Part shown: in pieces, positions 62,740-64,000 of the stretch | Numbering within the stretch: the first letter of the stretch is position 1 | Layout: each line of letters opens with the position of its first letter | Assembly: GCA_020026155.1 (NCBI GenBank) | Contig: JAHHQX010000001.1 | Coordinates: forward strand, 6,087 to 70,086 | Direction: 5' to 3' | Source of the DNA: Actinobacillus sp. | Lineage (GTDB): Bacteria; Pseudomonadota; Gammaproteobacteria; Enterobacterales; Pasteurellaceae | DNA: 64,000 nucleotides | Translations under genes and position numbers: made by a program | The notes under the pieces: model-generated | What the model saw: the letters and a program-made list of their open reading frames with translations, nothing else | What the model was told of the DNA's origin: nothing | The model's database searches: none

Positions 62740-63796
62740 ATAACACTTCTCTTTTGTTGGATGTACCGTGATTATAACCCCGCATAACATTACGACCGAT
62801 AGCGAGTAATCCATATTGTAAAAGTTCGCATAAAAGGGACAAACTATCAATGCGTCGAGTATTTTCTCTAAAAGCGAACTCAAACGCATATAAGTCTAAA
62901 TATTTACTGCTCATTTTATGATATTGCCCTCTTAGCCCTCGTTTAAAGCGACTGAAAAAACTTTCTGCTTGATTGTTCGTTACCCCTAAATCAGAACGGT
63001 ATTCAACAGAATGATTAACTCGTTGCAAATCATAGAACAGCAATAAATCATCATAAGCATGGCTATCATCCGTACAAATTGTTGTGTCTTTTTTAACGTG
63101 ATTTTTGACAATTTTATTAACAATTTCACTACTTTCAGCGGGGATAATAAAAGGCAAAATCGCTTTAGAACCTTGTGCTTTGGCATCTTCCGCCCAGTTT
63201 TTGACGATAGCAAAAACACAACGTTTATCTTTATTTGCATTCTCAAGCAAACGGGCATCTTTTCTTTCAACCTTTTTATTAGCTTTACGAATATTTGTAT
63301 GAACATACGTTCCGTCTAAGTGTACACTACTTTCATCTTGAGAACTGATAGCATACATATTTAAACAACTGGCTTTTGCCATCGTTCTAAATTTGTGTAA
63401 CCACGCAAAGGCCGTTTTATAGGTCAAATCAAATTCTCGAGAAATCGCAATTGCTGAAATGCCTTTAACGTTTAGGATAAAGGTCAACATCATTTTGAGA
63501 ATTTTTCTAAGCGGAAGTTTTCGGGAATGGAACGCACTGCCAGAGGTAAGGGAGAATTGTTTTCCACAATGTTTGCATTTATAAAGGTGACGAGTTGCTA
63601 AAAAGTAATGGTTGTCTAACGTACCGCAATAGGGACAGCCTTGTTCGCCTACCTTTCCCCAACGGAGTAACATGATAAAATCTGCAATTTCTTGATCTGA
63701 CATGCTGTCAATATCTTCTGCAGTAATGGTTTTAGAACCCCGAGTAAGCAAATAATGTTGACCATGTCGTTTTTGAGATAGTGTGTTCATTTTCAT
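62732..63796 (-). CDS. IS1595-family (ISXO2-like) transposase
   Basis: It has the N-terminal zinc ribbon CPYCG..YKCKHCGKQFSLTSGSAFHSRKLPLRK, the HTH region GISAIAISREFDLTYKTAFAWLHKFR, and the catalytic region HLDGTY...TDDSHAY...NNQAESFFSRFKRGLRGQYHKMSSKYLDLYAFEFAFRENTR. Confidence 0.85.
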   Translation of the reverse strand: MKMNTLSQKRHGQHYLLTRGSKTITAEDIDSMSDQEIADFIMLLRWGKVGEQGCPYCGTLDNHYFLATRHLYKCKHCGKQFSLTSGSAFHSRKLPLRKILKMMLTFILNVKGISAIAISREFDLTYKTAFAWLHKFRTMAKASCLNMYAISSQDESSVHLDGTYVHTNIRKANKKVERKDARLLENANKDKRCVFAIVKNWAEDAKAQGSKAILPFIIPAESSEIVNKIVKNHVKKDTTICTDDSHAYDDLLLFYDLQRVNHSVEYRSDLGVTNNQAESFFSRFKRGLRGQYHKMSSKYLDLYAFEFAFRENTRRIDSLSLLCELLQYGLLAIGRNVMRGYNHGTSNKREVLYV

Positions 63797-64000
63797 AATA
63801 TCCCTTATCTGCAGAACGATTGTTCTTTATGTGTAAATTATACGCAATAGGAATATTTGTTCAATCACTTTTTTAAAAATTATACATTTTGGAATGTTTA
63901 TACTCATGATAAAATTTACAAAATACAATTATGTTTTATAATTAGCTTAATAACATAAAATACGTTGGAGATATGCCAATGGTGGATAAAGCACACACTG

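Noticed and set aside
63973-64000. A plus-strand ORF start (MPMVDKAHT...) preceded by TTGGAG at the window edge.
   Set aside because: Only 9 codons are visible, so it cannot be identified or supported.

Overview
This window looks like a chromosomal segment of an AT-rich Pasteurellaceae-like gammaproteobacterium, judged from gene content and synteny. Most of it is housekeeping: dxs end; lepA-lepB-rnc-era; trxB-cydDC; grcA; ung; yaaA; GcvB/gcvA-rlmM; uvrD; rsuA; mdh; pyrH-frr-dxr-uppS-cdsA-rseP-bamA-skp-lpxD; grxA; dsbB-nhaB/fadR; hemW; gmhA; ftsP-plsC; lpxH; nadV; miaB; rnr-rlmB. The main accessory region is 55.0-63.9 kb, which holds a complete type II-C CRISPR-Cas9 locus. It comprises cas9-cas1-cas2, a 10-repeat array, and a divergent tracrRNA that I can read directly from the sequence together with its promoter. 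The 36-nt repeat is Neisseria-like and carries a TGnTACAAT extended -10, so crRNAs are probably made on the minus strand from each repeat. The most unusual observation is a second 3-spacer mini-array about 1.3 kb upstream of cas9. It is separated from the cas genes by mscS and preceded by a duplicated ~111-nt array flank. Next to the distal end of the main array is an IS1595-family transposase gene that overlaps a small coiled-coil gene by 8 nt. Other points of interest are a three-gene MBOAT plus two SGNH cluster resembling the peptidoglycan O-acetylation genes patA-patB-ape1, a dispersed ~28-nt intergenic repeat family with at least 8 copies, a GcvB sRNA, and a scarcity of canonical uptake signal sequences. 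I found no rRNA or tRNA genes. All calls rest on reading the sequence and recalling protein families. No database search was run.
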